DNA from: Bacteroidota bacterium
Lineage (GTDB): Bacteria; Bacteroidota; Bacteroidia; 2-12-FULL-35-15
Assembly (NCBI GenBank): GCA_016722565.1
Contig: JADKIU010000002.1
Coordinates: 454,119-518,118 of the forward strand
Direction of reading: 5' to 3'
DNA: 64,000 nucleotides
Made by a program: the position numbers and the translations under genes. Each line of letters begins with the position of its first letter. Within the stretch, counting starts at the first letter, position 1. Below are positions 29,929 to 39,483 of the stretch, one piece after another. The notes under the pieces are model-generated. The model saw only the letters and a list, made by a program, of their open reading frames with translations. It made no database searches and was not told the origin of the DNA.

Positions 29929-30387
29929 TTGTGTTATCGTATTTGCGATAAACGTATGTTAACCAAACGATTTTTTATTTCCTGGATTGCTTCATCTATT
30001 GTGATGTTCGCCCTTTCTTACTTATGGCATGGGGTGTTCTTAACCGATTTTTCTCGTCTTTCATATCCAATTAGCATCTTTTTAGTTTTCGCAGCGTTTG
30101 TTTATCTTATTATTGGCTTTATAACTGCAAAAGCAATTGACATTAAATTGTTAGAAAACAAATTCAAGAGAAAACCCCTGCTAAAAGGATTGGTAACAGG
30201 AGCCGCATTCGGATTTACACTCTTTGTCATAACGTATGTTGTAGGCGTTTCATTCAGCACAGGCTCTAAATTGGAGAATTTGCTGTTAGATGGTTGCTGG
30301 CAAACGATAGAGCAGGGGATTGGTGGGATTGTGGTTGGGATTACCCACTTTTTTGTATTTGATGCTTCGGCAATCGTTGAAGATTAA
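29929..30387 (+). CDS. hypothetical small integral membrane protein (~4 TM)
   Basis: 152-aa ORF with four hydrophobic segments. Confidence 0.45.
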   Translation: MCYRICDKRMLTKRFFISWIASSIVMFALSYLWHGVFLTDFSRLSYPISIFLVFAAFVYLIIGFITAKAIDIKLLENKFKRKPLLKGLVTGAAFGFTLFVITYVVGVSFSTGSKLENLLLDGCWQTIEQGIGGIVVGITHFFVFDASAIVED

Positions 30388-31661
30388 TATCCGTATTTAC
30401 TGCCCCACAACTTTTTCAAATACTCCTTTAATTCATTTTCGCGCGCATTGTTTCCCGGATCATACAATTTTGTTCCACTTAATTCAGCCGGAAAGTACTC
30501 CTGGGCAGAAAAATTATTTTTATAACCATGGGAATATTCATAGTTTTCACCATAGCCAATATCTTTCATCAATTTTGTTGGGGCATTGCGAAGATGAAGC
30601 GGAACAGGCAAGTTGCCAGTTTTTTTAACAAGGTCTGAAGCCAAACCAATGGCTGCATAAGCAGCATTGCTTTTTGCAGATGATGCCAAATAAGTGACTG
30701 TTTGTGATAAAATAATTCGCGATTCGGGGTAGCCAATCACATTCACCGCTTGAAAACAATTGTTAGCAATCACTAAGGCTGTTGGATTCGCATTTCCAAT
30801 ATCTTCAGAAGCCAAAATCAATAAACGTCTGGCAATAAACAATGGGTCTTCTCCACCTTCAATCATCCGAGCTAACCAATATACCGCAGCATTGGGGTCA
30901 CTGCCTCTGATGGATTTTATAAATGCTGAAATGATATCATAATGGTTTTCACCCGCTTTATCATAGATTGCAATGTTCTGCTGAACAATGTTATTTACTT
31001 TCTCATTCGTTATTTCAATGTTGTCGCCACCGATGGAATTGATAACAAGCTCAAAAACATTTAATAATTTCCTGCCATCTCCTCCTGATAATCGAAGTAA
31101 GGCTTCGCTTTCCTGAATGTCAATTTTTTTTGTTTTTAAAACAACATCTGTTTGCATCGCTAAATCGAGCATGGCTAACAAATCTTCTTTTTCTAAATGT
31201 TTTAGGATGTAAACCTGACAACGAGATAAAAGGGCTGATATGACTTCAAAAGAAGGATTCTCAGTGGTTGCACCAATCAATGTAATTGTCCCTTTTTCTA
31301 CGGCCCCTAACAATGAATCCTGCTGTGATTTACTAAAACGATGAATCTCATCGATAAAAAGAATGGGATTGCTTTGACTAAACAAACCACTCGATTTCGA
31401 TTTATCAATTACCTCACGAATGTCTTTTACCCCTGAATTAATAGCACTCAATGCATAAAAAGGCCGTTTTAGCTGATGTGCTATGATATTTGCCAAAGTA
31501 GTTTTTCCAACACCTGGAGGTCCCCATAAAATGATGGAAGGGAGTAAATTCGACTGAATGGCATTTCTTAGAATAGCTCCTTCACCCACAATGTGCTTTT
31601 GGCCAATGTAGTTGTCCAAACTAGTTGGACGCATGCGTTCTGCGAGAGGAGTCGAATTCAT
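30384..31661 (-). CDS. rarA: replication-associated recombination protein A (AAA+ ATPase RarA/MgsA)
   Basis: LAERMRP, Walker A (LWGPPGVGKTT) and Walker B (ILFIDEIHR) motifs. The start is placed at MNSTPLAERMRP. Confidence 0.9.
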   Translation of the reverse strand: MNSTPLAERMRPTSLDNYIGQKHIVGEGAILRNAIQSNLLPSIILWGPPGVGKTTLANIIAHQLKRPFYALSAINSGVKDIREVIDKSKSSGLFSQSNPILFIDEIHRFSKSQQDSLLGAVEKGTITLIGATTENPSFEVISALLSRCQVYILKHLEKEDLLAMLDLAMQTDVVLKTKKIDIQESEALLRLSGGDGRKLLNVFELVINSIGGDNIEITNEKVNNIVQQNIAIYDKAGENHYDIISAFIKSIRGSDPNAAVYWLARMIEGGEDPLFIARRLLILASEDIGNANPTALVIANNCFQAVNVIGYPESRIILSQTVTYLASSAKSNAAYAAIGLASDLVKKTGNLPVPLHLRNAPTKLMKDIGYGENYEYSHGYKNNFSAQEYFPAELSGTKLYDPGNNARENELKEYLKKLWGSKYGY

Positions 31662-32035
31662 TATTGTTTCATTCCATTTTTTATCCAGCATTCAATCAAA
31701 TCAATGGATGCTTGGTCTAATTGAGCTTCATTTGCAGGCATTCGAGGAAACCCTCGTTCGTGTTTAATTGTTCCCAATAGTTCGCCATTCGCTCCGGCTT
31801 TTGTCACATATTCAAAAACTGTAAAATCATACCCTCCGGCACCGCCATCGCTGTGGCAACTATTGCAATGTTTCTCTATAATTGGCTTGATAGAAGCGTA
31901 CGTCAATGCTGAGGCACTGCAATCCAATACCGGTTTTACAACGGCAACTGTTTCTGTTTTTGTGGCTTCCTGTGTGCTTTTGCATGCTGTAAATCCTAAG
32001 ATAATGCTAAAAGCAAAAAATAGTTTCTGTTTCAT
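31661..32035 (-). CDS. monohaem c-type cytochrome-like lipoprotein
   Basis: Lipobox ...GFTAC, a single CNSCH haem-binding motif, and a downstream Met (ERGFPRMP) that could be the axial ligand. Confidence 0.6.
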   Translation of the reverse strand: MKQKLFFAFSIILGFTACKSTQEATKTETVAVVKPVLDCSASALTYASIKPIIEKHCNSCHSDGGAGGYDFTVFEYVTKAGANGELLGTIKHERGFPRMPANEAQLDQASIDLIECWIKNGMKQ

Positions 32036-32044
32036 AGTTAATAT

Positions 32045-32923
32045 TTATTTTCCTTCCGGACGTTTATGTTTCCAACGCTTATGGCTCCAAAGCCAAAATT
32101 GTGGTGCAGCAATAATATCTTTCTCCAACATGCGTGTCACCAATTCTGTAATTTCACCTTCCTTTGTGTCTTTCGGTTGATCAAAGGTTTCAAAAAATTC
32201 AAAACTATAATGTCCACGTTTTTCTTTATTAATGCGACCATATAATACCGGCTGATTATATTCTTTTGCAAATTTTTCCGTTCCGAATAATACACCCGTA
32301 TCCTGATTTAAAAACGTCATCCAATGACAACTTCTAGGGTTAGATGGGGATTGGTCAATTGCAAAAATTGTAGCAGTATAGTTGTTCTTTTCTTGTTCAA
32401 ATACTTGCTTTACAATTTTTGTAGAAATCATGTATAAGCCATATTTACTGCGTGTTTTACGCATTTTTTCATCAAAATATTTGTTTGATAAGGGTTTGTA
32501 AATACCTATCGTTTTGTGTTTAATTAGTGCGTCCACACCAACTGCAAAAATCTCCCAATTTGCTAAATGCCCTCCGGCTATGATGACACTTCTTTTCTGA
32601 TCGTAATATTTGTTGATTAATTCCGGATTCTTGCAAATCACTCTTTTTAATACTTGCTTTTCTGAAATTGTAAATGTTTTTAAACTTTCGAGAATTAAAT
32701 CACAGAAATGGCTGTAAAATTTATCGCAAATTTCTTGATGTTCATTGGCCGTTTTTTCAGGAAAAGACCGTTGAATATTACCCAAAACGACCTTCTTTCG
32801 GTACCCGATTATCTTATATAGAACAAGATACGTGAAATTGGATAAGGCATACAATAGAGGAAAAGGGAGCAAAGATATGGGGATAATAACACCGAAATAA
32901 AGAAACCTGTTCATTAGATTCAT
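32045..32923 (-). CDS. lipid A biosynthesis (Kdo2-lipid IVA) late acyltransferase family protein, LpxL/HtrB-like
   Basis: N-terminal TM segment followed by ...RKKVVLGNIQRSFPEKT...GGHLANWE, which matches the LABLAT family. Confidence 0.75.
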   Translation of the reverse strand: MNLMNRFLYFGVIIPISLLPFPLLYALSNFTYLVLYKIIGYRKKVVLGNIQRSFPEKTANEHQEICDKFYSHFCDLILESLKTFTISEKQVLKRVICKNPELINKYYDQKRSVIIAGGHLANWEIFAVGVDALIKHKTIGIYKPLSNKYFDEKMRKTRSKYGLYMISTKIVKQVFEQEKNNYTATIFAIDQSPSNPRSCHWMTFLNQDTGVLFGTEKFAKEYNQPVLYGRINKEKRGHYSFEFFETFDQPKDTKEGEITELVTRMLEKDIIAAPQFWLWSHKRWKHKRPEGK

Positions 32924-33011
32924 CAGAAAAATTTTTATAAAACAAAGATAAAGTATAGTTTTACACCACGTATTTAATTTTTTGGCAAAATAATTGCCTT
33001 AACGAATACAA

Positions 33012-33500
33012 ATGAGCCAAATAAATATCTTTAATATCTTGAAAATGAAAAACACATCCAAATTAAAAATAACATTCTTGTCTGTTTTAACTGCCGTATT
33101 ATTCAGCATTCCGGCAATGGCACAAAAAGCAAAACCCAATAAATTTTTAGAAAACAAAAAGTTCAATGTGCAGTTTTATGAAGTAAAACCTACAGGGAGA
33201 GGAAAAGCACAGCCGAGTTTATTGTTTTTAAAGGGTGGTAAAATAGAAGCTGATTTAATGTATGAAAAGCTTTCATTGCCTCCGATTGCCATTCGGGTTA
33301 CGTTGGATTCAACGTATACCGAAGATGAAGTGGAGATGCACATGGTAACATTTGAAGCCGATCACTCAGAAGAAAAAAACGATTACCACTGGGAGGTTAC
33401 ATTAATCAATTACGACATCGAAGGAACAATTGTTCAAATGAAATCGGGTGTTGAGAAAAAGAAATTTGAATTTGCCGGATCCGAAAAAACCAAGAAATAA
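33012..33500 (+). CDS. hypothetical secreted protein
   Basis: 162-aa ORF. A signal peptide follows the internal Met (MKNTSKLKITFLSVLTAVLFSIPAMAQ). Confidence 0.45.
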   Translation: MSQINIFNILKMKNTSKLKITFLSVLTAVLFSIPAMAQKAKPNKFLENKKFNVQFYEVKPTGRGKAQPSLLFLKGGKIEADLMYEKLSLPPIAIRVTLDSTYTEDEVEMHMVTFEADHSEEKNDYHWEVTLINYDIEGTIVQMKSGVEKKKFEFAGSEKTKK

Positions 33501-33519
33501 GCAGATTTATAATTTTAAG

Positions 33520-33569
33520 CACCGACTCCGCTCTCTTTATTCAAAGGAGCGGAGTCGGTGTTTTATTTT
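33520..33569. terminator. bidirectional rho-independent terminator between convergent genes
   Basis: A 14-bp perfect stem (CACCGACTCCGCTC / GAGCGGAGTCGGTG) is followed by TTTTATTTT, and an A-rich tract lies on the other side. Confidence 0.75.
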
Positions 33570-33581
33570 AATAGCTTTTCG

Positions 33582-34034
33582 TTATTTTAATCTCCTACTG
33601 GTTTCCCGTTCAATGTCTTTTTTCTTGATATCAGCACGTTTATCAAATAGTTTTTTACCTTTTGCCAACGCAATTTCCAGCTTCGCCATTCCTTTTTCAT
33701 TAATGAATAAGCGCAATGGGACAATCGTTAATCCTTGATCTTTTAATTTGCCTTGAAGTTTGTTAAGTTCTTGCCGGTTTAACAACAATTTTCGATCGCG
33801 TTTTTCCGGCACATTGTTATATGTTCCATTAAAATAAGGGGAAACATTCATATTTCGAACGAATAATTCATTTTTCAAAAACACACAAAATGCATCTGTA
33901 ATGTTGGCTTTTCCTTCTCGAATAGATTTGATTTCTGTGCCGGTAAGCTGTATTCCCGCAAGGTATTTATCAATAAAAGCATACTCGAAGGACGCTTGAC
34001 GATTCTTTATATTGATAGTATTCTCTGAACTCAT
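33582..34034 (-). CDS. smpB: SsrA-binding protein
   Basis: [37 protein letters not shown] matches SmpB. Confidence 0.95.
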   Translation of the reverse strand: MSSENTINIKNRQASFEYAFIDKYLAGIQLTGTEIKSIREGKANITDAFCVFLKNELFVRNMNVSPYFNGTYNNVPEKRDRKLLLNRQELNKLQGKLKDQGLTIVPLRLFINEKGMAKLEIALAKGKKLFDKRADIKKKDIERETSRRLK

Positions 34035-34128
34035 AAGGAGTGCAAATATACAGAAATAGGAGTGAAATTCCTCGTTTTAATCTGAAAGAGAATGTCAGGT
34101 GAAAGGGTGCAAGAGGTGGAATCGAAGA

Positions 34129-36000
34129 TTACTTCACAATTAAAACAGGCACTTTTACATTGTGTCGAACCTCATCCAAAGTTGTTCCGAAGAGGATATC
34201 TTTAAACGCTTTATGACCGTGCGCTCCCATTACCAATAAATCACAATCGCAGTTGTTCACAATCTCAGGAATACTTTTTTTAGGGTTTCCGAAACCAAGT
34301 CTCGTATCAACAATAAACCCTTTTGCTTCTAAATCAGTTTTGTATTTATCTAAGTTCAATTTATCCGACACGGTTTCCAAATCGTCAATTTCGTGCCCCA
34401 TCATTCGTGCACCAGCCGTTTCAACAATATGAATCAGGATATACGAAGCATTTTTTCCACCTTGTGCAAATGCACTGCTAATGGCTTTGCTATCACTCGT
34501 GCTAAAATCAACTGTAATGGCAATACGATTATATTTTTTAGAGTCGGTTATTTCTAAATCACGAGGAAGTCCGTCTGGTGAAACAGTTGCTTTGTGTTTT
34601 ACACTTTTAATAATCGGTGTAAATGTGATGTAAAGCAACAATACTCCGGCTCCGATAACAATCGGAACGATTGTAAAGTAATAAACTGTTGGATTTGATG
34701 CAGAACGAATCCATTCTGAAAGTGTTTCTACCACCAATTTAGCGTTTAATGTAACGATTGTAAGTGCAATTAACCAAGCCAGAACTTTCACCCATAACTT
34801 GTTTGCAAACTCACCCATTTGTCGCTTATTGCTTGTTAAATGGATTAAAGGAATAACAGCAAATCCAAGTTGTAAACTTAAAATAACCTGACTAAGTATC
34901 AATAATTCCCCTGTAGCACCTTCGCCCAAAAAATAAATTACTAAAAATGCAGGAATGATGGCAATCAATCGGGTGATTAAACGTCTTAACCAAGGTTGTA
35001 TCCTGAGGTTTAAATATCCTTCCATCACAATTTGTCCGGATAATGTTCCCGTCAATGTGGAACTTTGCCCAGCTGCAATTAAAGCAATCGCGAAAAGGGT
35101 GGGAGCTGTACTGCCTAAAATATTATCCAGCAACTTATGCGCATCTTGAATCTCAGATACCTGCGTATTTCCAGTTGTAAAAAAGGCTGCAGCGGCAAGT
35201 ATTAAGATGGCTGCATTTACAAACAAGGCCATGTTCAATGCAATAAACGTATCTATAAAATTAAACTTGATGGCTTCTTTGATTCCTTTGATAGAACGGT
35301 CGATTTTTCGGGTTTGAACGAGCGAGGAATGCAAATATAAATTATGCGGCATTACTGTTGCGCCAATAATACCAATTGCAATATAAAGCGCAGTATTGTT
35401 TGGCATGGATGGAATAAATCCTTTTAGTAATTCAACACCATCTGGCTTTGCAAATATTAATTCTGCAATAAATGCCAAACCAATTGTTGCGACTAAAGCC
35501 AAAATAAATGCTTCCATCTTACGCATTCCGTAGCGTTGCAATACTAACAGTAAAATGGTGTCTGCCACACTAATACTTACACCTGCAAGTAAAGGAAGGT
35601 CAAAAAGCAATTGTAAACCGATAGCCATCCCGATTACTTCCGCTAAATCGCAAGCAGCAATTGCAATTTCAGCCAAAAACCAATTAAAAAAATTTACTAC
35701 TTTCGGATAGGCTTGTCGCGATGCTTGAGCTAAATCCAACCCTCTTACCAGTCCTAATTTCGCACTTAAGCTTTGCAAAAGCAGCGCCATTAAATTACTC
35801 ATCAACAACACCCAAAGAAGTTTATAGCCAAACTGGCTTCCACCAGCAATATCAGTCGCCCAATTTCCGGGATCCATATAGCCGACACTCACCAAGTATG
35901 CAGGGCCTAAGAAAGAAAATAGTTTTTTCCAAAAGCCTGTTTTGTTGGTATCTACGCTGGAATGTACTTCTGATAAAGACTTATGTGAATTGTCGGTCAT
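34129..36000 (-). CDS. mntH: Nramp-family divalent metal (Mn2+/Fe2+) transporter MntH fused to a C-terminal universal stress protein (UspA) domain
   Basis: GPAYLVSVGYMDPGNWATDIAGG is the Nramp signature and about 11 TM segments follow. The C-terminal ~140 aa (...DLLVMGAHGHKAFKDILFGTTLDEVRHNVKVPVLIVK) is a Usp domain. Confidence 0.85.
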   Translation of the reverse strand: MTDNSHKSLSEVHSSVDTNKTGFWKKLFSFLGPAYLVSVGYMDPGNWATDIAGGSQFGYKLLWVLLMSNLMALLLQSLSAKLGLVRGLDLAQASRQAYPKVVNFFNWFLAEIAIAACDLAEVIGMAIGLQLLFDLPLLAGVSISVADTILLLVLQRYGMRKMEAFILALVATIGLAFIAELIFAKPDGVELLKGFIPSMPNNTALYIAIGIIGATVMPHNLYLHSSLVQTRKIDRSIKGIKEAIKFNFIDTFIALNMALFVNAAILILAAAAFFTTGNTQVSEIQDAHKLLDNILGSTAPTLFAIALIAAGQSSTLTGTLSGQIVMEGYLNLRIQPWLRRLITRLIAIIPAFLVIYFLGEGATGELLILSQVILSLQLGFAVIPLIHLTSNKRQMGEFANKLWVKVLAWLIALTIVTLNAKLVVETLSEWIRSASNPTVYYFTIVPIVIGAGVLLLYITFTPIIKSVKHKATVSPDGLPRDLEITDSKKYNRIAITVDFSTSDSKAISSAFAQGGKNASYILIHIVETAGARMMGHEIDDLETVSDKLNLDKYKTDLEAKGFIVDTRLGFGNPKKSIPEIVNNCDCDLLVMGAHGHKAFKDILFGTTLDEVRHNVKVPVLIVK

Positions 36001-36001
36001 G

Positions 36002-36661
36002 TTATTTTTTTATAGCCAAAATATTTTTTGCTACATCATTACTAATGAAAATAGTCGATTTTTTATTGACAACGATTTGCAGTGATCGATCAAAAAACAC
36101 GACTTCTTTAATTTTTATTTCATCTCCCAATGCAAGTCCTGTTTTATCAAGATATTGTAAGAAAGCTGCGCTATGATCAACAACACCCGTCATTACAATC
36201 ACATCATTCTTGATGTAGTGTGCAATTGATTTGGATTTTTGGGCTTGAATTTTTCCGTTGGCATCTGGAATAGGATCGCCATGCGGATCAAATTTGGGGT
36301 AGTTCAGAAATTTATCAATTTGTTCGATGAGCTTATCTGAGTTGATGTGTTCGAGTTGTTCGGCTACATCGTGAACTTCGTCCCATTTAAAATCCAGTTT
36401 TTCCAATAAAAACATCTCCCACAATCGATGCTTTCGAATGACGCTTAATGCTACTTTTTCGCCTTTGGAAGTAAGCGTAACTCCTTGGTATTTTTGGTAA
36501 TTTATAAGTTTCTTGTCTGAAAGCTTCTTTAACATATCTGTTACAGATGCTGCTTTTGTACTCATTTTTTCAGCAATAGCATTAGTCGAAACCTCTGAAT
36601 CAACTTGTTCTATTAGTTTGTAGATTGCTTTTAGATAATTTTCCTCTGTAAAAGAATTCAT
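36002..36661 (-). CDS. DtxR/MntR-family metal-dependent transcriptional repressor (HTH + dimerisation + FeoA-like domain)
   Basis: ENYLKAIYKL...STNAIAEKMSTKAASVTDMLKKLSDKKLI is the DtxR HTH. A FeoA/SH3-like domain sits at the C-terminus. Confidence 0.85.
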   Translation of the reverse strand: MNSFTEENYLKAIYKLIEQVDSEVSTNAIAEKMSTKAASVTDMLKKLSDKKLINYQKYQGVTLTSKGEKVALSVIRKHRLWEMFLLEKLDFKWDEVHDVAEQLEHINSDKLIEQIDKFLNYPKFDPHGDPIPDANGKIQAQKSKSIAHYIKNDVIVMTGVVDHSAAFLQYLDKTGLALGDEIKIKEVVFFDRSLQIVVNKKSTIFISNDVAKNILAIKK

Positions 36662-36717
36662 ATGAATCTAATTATTTTCATCACAAAGATATAAAATATT
36701 TACAATATTCTCAAAAT

Positions 36718-36739
36718 AATTTTAGACTAGTCTAAAATT
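36718..36739. promoter_or_regulatory. perfect 22-bp palindrome AATTTTAGACTAGTCTAAAATT, candidate operator for the DtxR/MntR-family regulator
   Basis: Seen directly in the sequence. It lies in the divergent intergenic region between the repressor/mntH operon and the TonB-dependent receptor gene. The half-site TTAGnCTA resembles DtxR/IdeR boxes. Confidence 0.5.
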
Positions 36740-36767
36740 ATTTCATAGATTTGTCGAAAATAATTTC

Positions 36768-39017
36768 GTGCGAAGCCTCGTTTTCTTATCCCTCTTTTTC
36801 TTCACAAATGCCTCCGCTCAAAGCGGAAGCATCAAGGGAATTGTGTCTTCTGAAGGCAAATTACTCGAATTTGTTTCCGTAGGAATCATAGGCACACCTT
36901 TTACTGCAACCACAAACAAGCAAGGCGCCTATGAAATCAGTAATATCCCTTTTGGCTCTTATGAGTTTATTATAACGCAATCTGGTTATAAAACTGAAAA
37001 GAAGAACATCGAAATTCATTCGACAGAAGCACTCATTATTAATCAAGAATTGTTTTCACTGACAGGTAGTTTAAATGAAGTGGTAATAACCGGAACCATG
37101 AAAGAGATGTCGCGATTGGATTCGCCAATCCCAGTTGAAGTACTTACCCCTAAACTATTTCAAAAAAATCCTAGCCCCAGCTTGTTTGAATCCATGCAAA
37201 TGGTAAATGGTGTTCAGCCTCAACTAAATTGTAATGTTTGTAATACCGGTGATATTCATATCAATGGGATGGAAGGCCCCTATACAATGATTACAATTGA
37301 TGGAATGCCAATCGTTAGTGCACTTTCAACCGTGTATGGCTTAAGCGGCATCCCGAATAGTTTAGTGAATCGGATTGAAGTTGTGAAAGGTCCTGCCAGC
37401 ACATTATATGGATCGGAAGCAGTTGGAGGTTTAATCAATGTTATTACCAAGGATCCGAAAGATGCACCGCGAATAAGCGCAGATGTTTTTTTAACTACTG
37501 ACCAAGAATACAATGTTGATATTGGTCTAAAAAAGAGTTTTAAAAACATGCATTCGTTGCTTGGAATCAATTACTTCAACTTCCAAAATCCAATGGATAA
37601 AAATGGAGATAACTTTACGGATATCACACTGCAAAATAGAATTTCAATTTTCAATAAATGGAATTTTATACGAAAAGAAAACAGAGTAGCTAACATCGCT
37701 GCCCGTTTTGTATATGAGGATCGATGGGGAGGGGAGATGCAATATGAAAATAAATTCAGAGGCACAGATAGTATTTATGGGGAATCCATTTATACTTCAA
37801 GATATGAGTTGATTGGGGTGTATCAATTACCAATAAAAAAGGAAAATGTTTTTTTACAATATTCCTTTAACAATCATCATCAAAACTCCTATTATGGCAC
37901 AACCTCTTATCAAGCATCCCAAAATATTGCTTTTGCCCAATTGTATTGGAATAAAAAAATAAGTGAAAAAGCAGATGTTTTAGTCGGGCTTCCTTTCCGA
38001 TATACGTATTACGATGATAATACCCCTGGGACAATGTTGCCGGACACCATCTATCCTCAAAATAAGCCACATCAAACCTACCTACCCGGACTATTTGTGC
38101 AAACAGAATTAAAGCGAAAGAAACTAACAACATTAGCAGGCTTAAGATACGATTACAATACAGAACATGGGAACATCTTCTCTCCTCGGTTGGCATTTAA
38201 ATATGCTGCAAACAAAAATAATATTTTGCGATTGAGCATAGGAAATGGGTATCGTGTGGTGAACTTATTTACGGAGGATCATGCTGCACTTTCGGGTGCA
38301 CGCGAGGTGGTTATAAAAACAAATTTAAAACCTGAAAAATCATGGAATGTGAATTTAAATTTTCAGAAAAGTATTGTATTAGAAAATTCATTTATCAGTA
38401 TTGATGCCAGTGTGTTTTACACCTATTTTACCAACAAAATAATTGGAGATTTTAATACGGATGCCACAAAAATTATTTTTGATAATCTAAACGGGCACGC
38501 TATTTCGCAAGGTGCAGCTTTAAGCGTTGATATTATGCACACAGGTGGTTTAAAAGCAATACTTGGATGCACATACATGGATGTTTTTAGCATTGAAAGA
38601 GATTCGGTCGGTAACGATAAAAAAACACATCAATTGCATGCCCCAAAGCTTTCATGCAATTTTAGTATTAGTTATTCATTTGCAAAAAAAGGATGGAGCA
38701 TTGATTATACAGGAAATATAAAAAGTCCGATGTTTTTGCCTGTTGTACCCAATGATTACAGACCAGAAGAATCACCATGGTTTACGATTCAAAATCTGCA
38801 AATCACAAAAAAATTCAAAAAAGGGCTTGAAATTTACGGAGGTGTAAAAAATATTTTTGATTTCAAACCAAGTGATCCTATTCTAAGAGCCTTTGATCCA
38901 TTTGATAAATACATTCATGAAAACAACCCGAATGGATACACATTTGACCCTTCTTACAATTATGCGCCCATGCAGGGAAGGAGATTCTTTATTGGTGTGC
39001 GCTTTGTATTCTTTTAA
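36768..39017 (+). CDS. TonB-dependent outer membrane receptor with an N-terminal carboxypeptidase-regulatory-like domain
   Basis: Signal peptide, CarbopepD_reg-like segment (SGSIKGIVSS...GAYEISNIPFGSYEFIITQSGY), plug domain (RIEVVKGPASTLYGSEAVGGLINVITK), and a C-terminal ...RFVFF. Confidence 0.85.
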   Translation: MRSLVFLSLFFFTNASAQSGSIKGIVSSEGKLLEFVSVGIIGTPFTATTNKQGAYEISNIPFGSYEFIITQSGYKTEKKNIEIHSTEALIINQELFSLTGSLNEVVITGTMKEMSRLDSPIPVEVLTPKLFQKNPSPSLFESMQMVNGVQPQLNCNVCNTGDIHINGMEGPYTMITIDGMPIVSALSTVYGLSGIPNSLVNRIEVVKGPASTLYGSEAVGGLINVITKDPKDAPRISADVFLTTDQEYNVDIGLKKSFKNMHSLLGINYFNFQNPMDKNGDNFTDITLQNRISIFNKWNFIRKENRVANIAARFVYEDRWGGEMQYENKFRGTDSIYGESIYTSRYELIGVYQLPIKKENVFLQYSFNNHHQNSYYGTTSYQASQNIAFAQLYWNKKISEKADVLVGLPFRYTYYDDNTPGTMLPDTIYPQNKPHQTYLPGLFVQTELKRKKLTTLAGLRYDYNTEHGNIFSPRLAFKYAANKNNILRLSIGNGYRVVNLFTEDHAALSGAREVVIKTNLKPEKSWNVNLNFQKSIVLENSFISIDASVFYTYFTNKIIGDFNTDATKIIFDNLNGHAISQGAALSVDIMHTGGLKAILGCTYMDVFSIERDSVGNDKKTHQLHAPKLSCNFSISYSFAKKGWSIDYTGNIKSPMFLPVVPNDYRPEESPWFTIQNLQITKKFKKGLEIYGGVKNIFDFKPSDPILRAFDPFDKYIHENNPNGYTFDPSYNYAPMQGRRFFIGVRFVFF

Positions 39018-39436
39018 AGCGCATAAAACGTATACACGCGACTCACCGTTTTTTTCGTTGCAGCATCTGTCAACTTGATATCTATTGAATTGTCCAAAAC
39101 ACTTCCTTTGTATTTTTGCTCTCCTGTCATACCGGCTACTTCAAATTTGATAGAACATTTTTTTACGGAGTAAGTACCTTTCAGCACCATGTCCTTGTTT
39201 TCTTTGTGAAACCAAGAAAAAACATCCATATAATCGTTTACAGAAGTTGACGCCAAAACAGTACCATCTTCATAAAAACGGATAATTGCGGAGTTTTCAT
39301 TATCGAGTTGACACGCATAAATGCCATTGTATTTTACAGGACAAGCGGCATTTTTTTTAGGGGTAAATGAATATGCAAACAAAATGCAAACAAGAAGGAG
39401 TAGGTTGTTTTTCATGTTGCAAATGTATAAAAACAA
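39014..39436 (-). CDS. hypothetical secreted protein
   Basis: 140-aa ORF. A signal peptide follows MKNNLLLLVCILFAYS. Confidence 0.45.
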   Translation of the reverse strand: MFLYICNMKNNLLLLVCILFAYSFTPKKNAACPVKYNGIYACQLDNENSAIIRFYEDGTVLASTSVNDYMDVFSWFHKENKDMVLKGTYSVKKCSIKFEVAGMTGEQKYKGSVLDNSIDIKLTDAATKKTVSRVYTFYAL

Positions 39437-39483
39437 AAACAGTCCCGAAATACGAGACTGCTTTTGTTATCATTTTGTTTCTA

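Noticed and set aside
35721-36176. 151-aa plus-strand ORF
   Set aside because: Antisense across the mntH-usp and dtxR genes.
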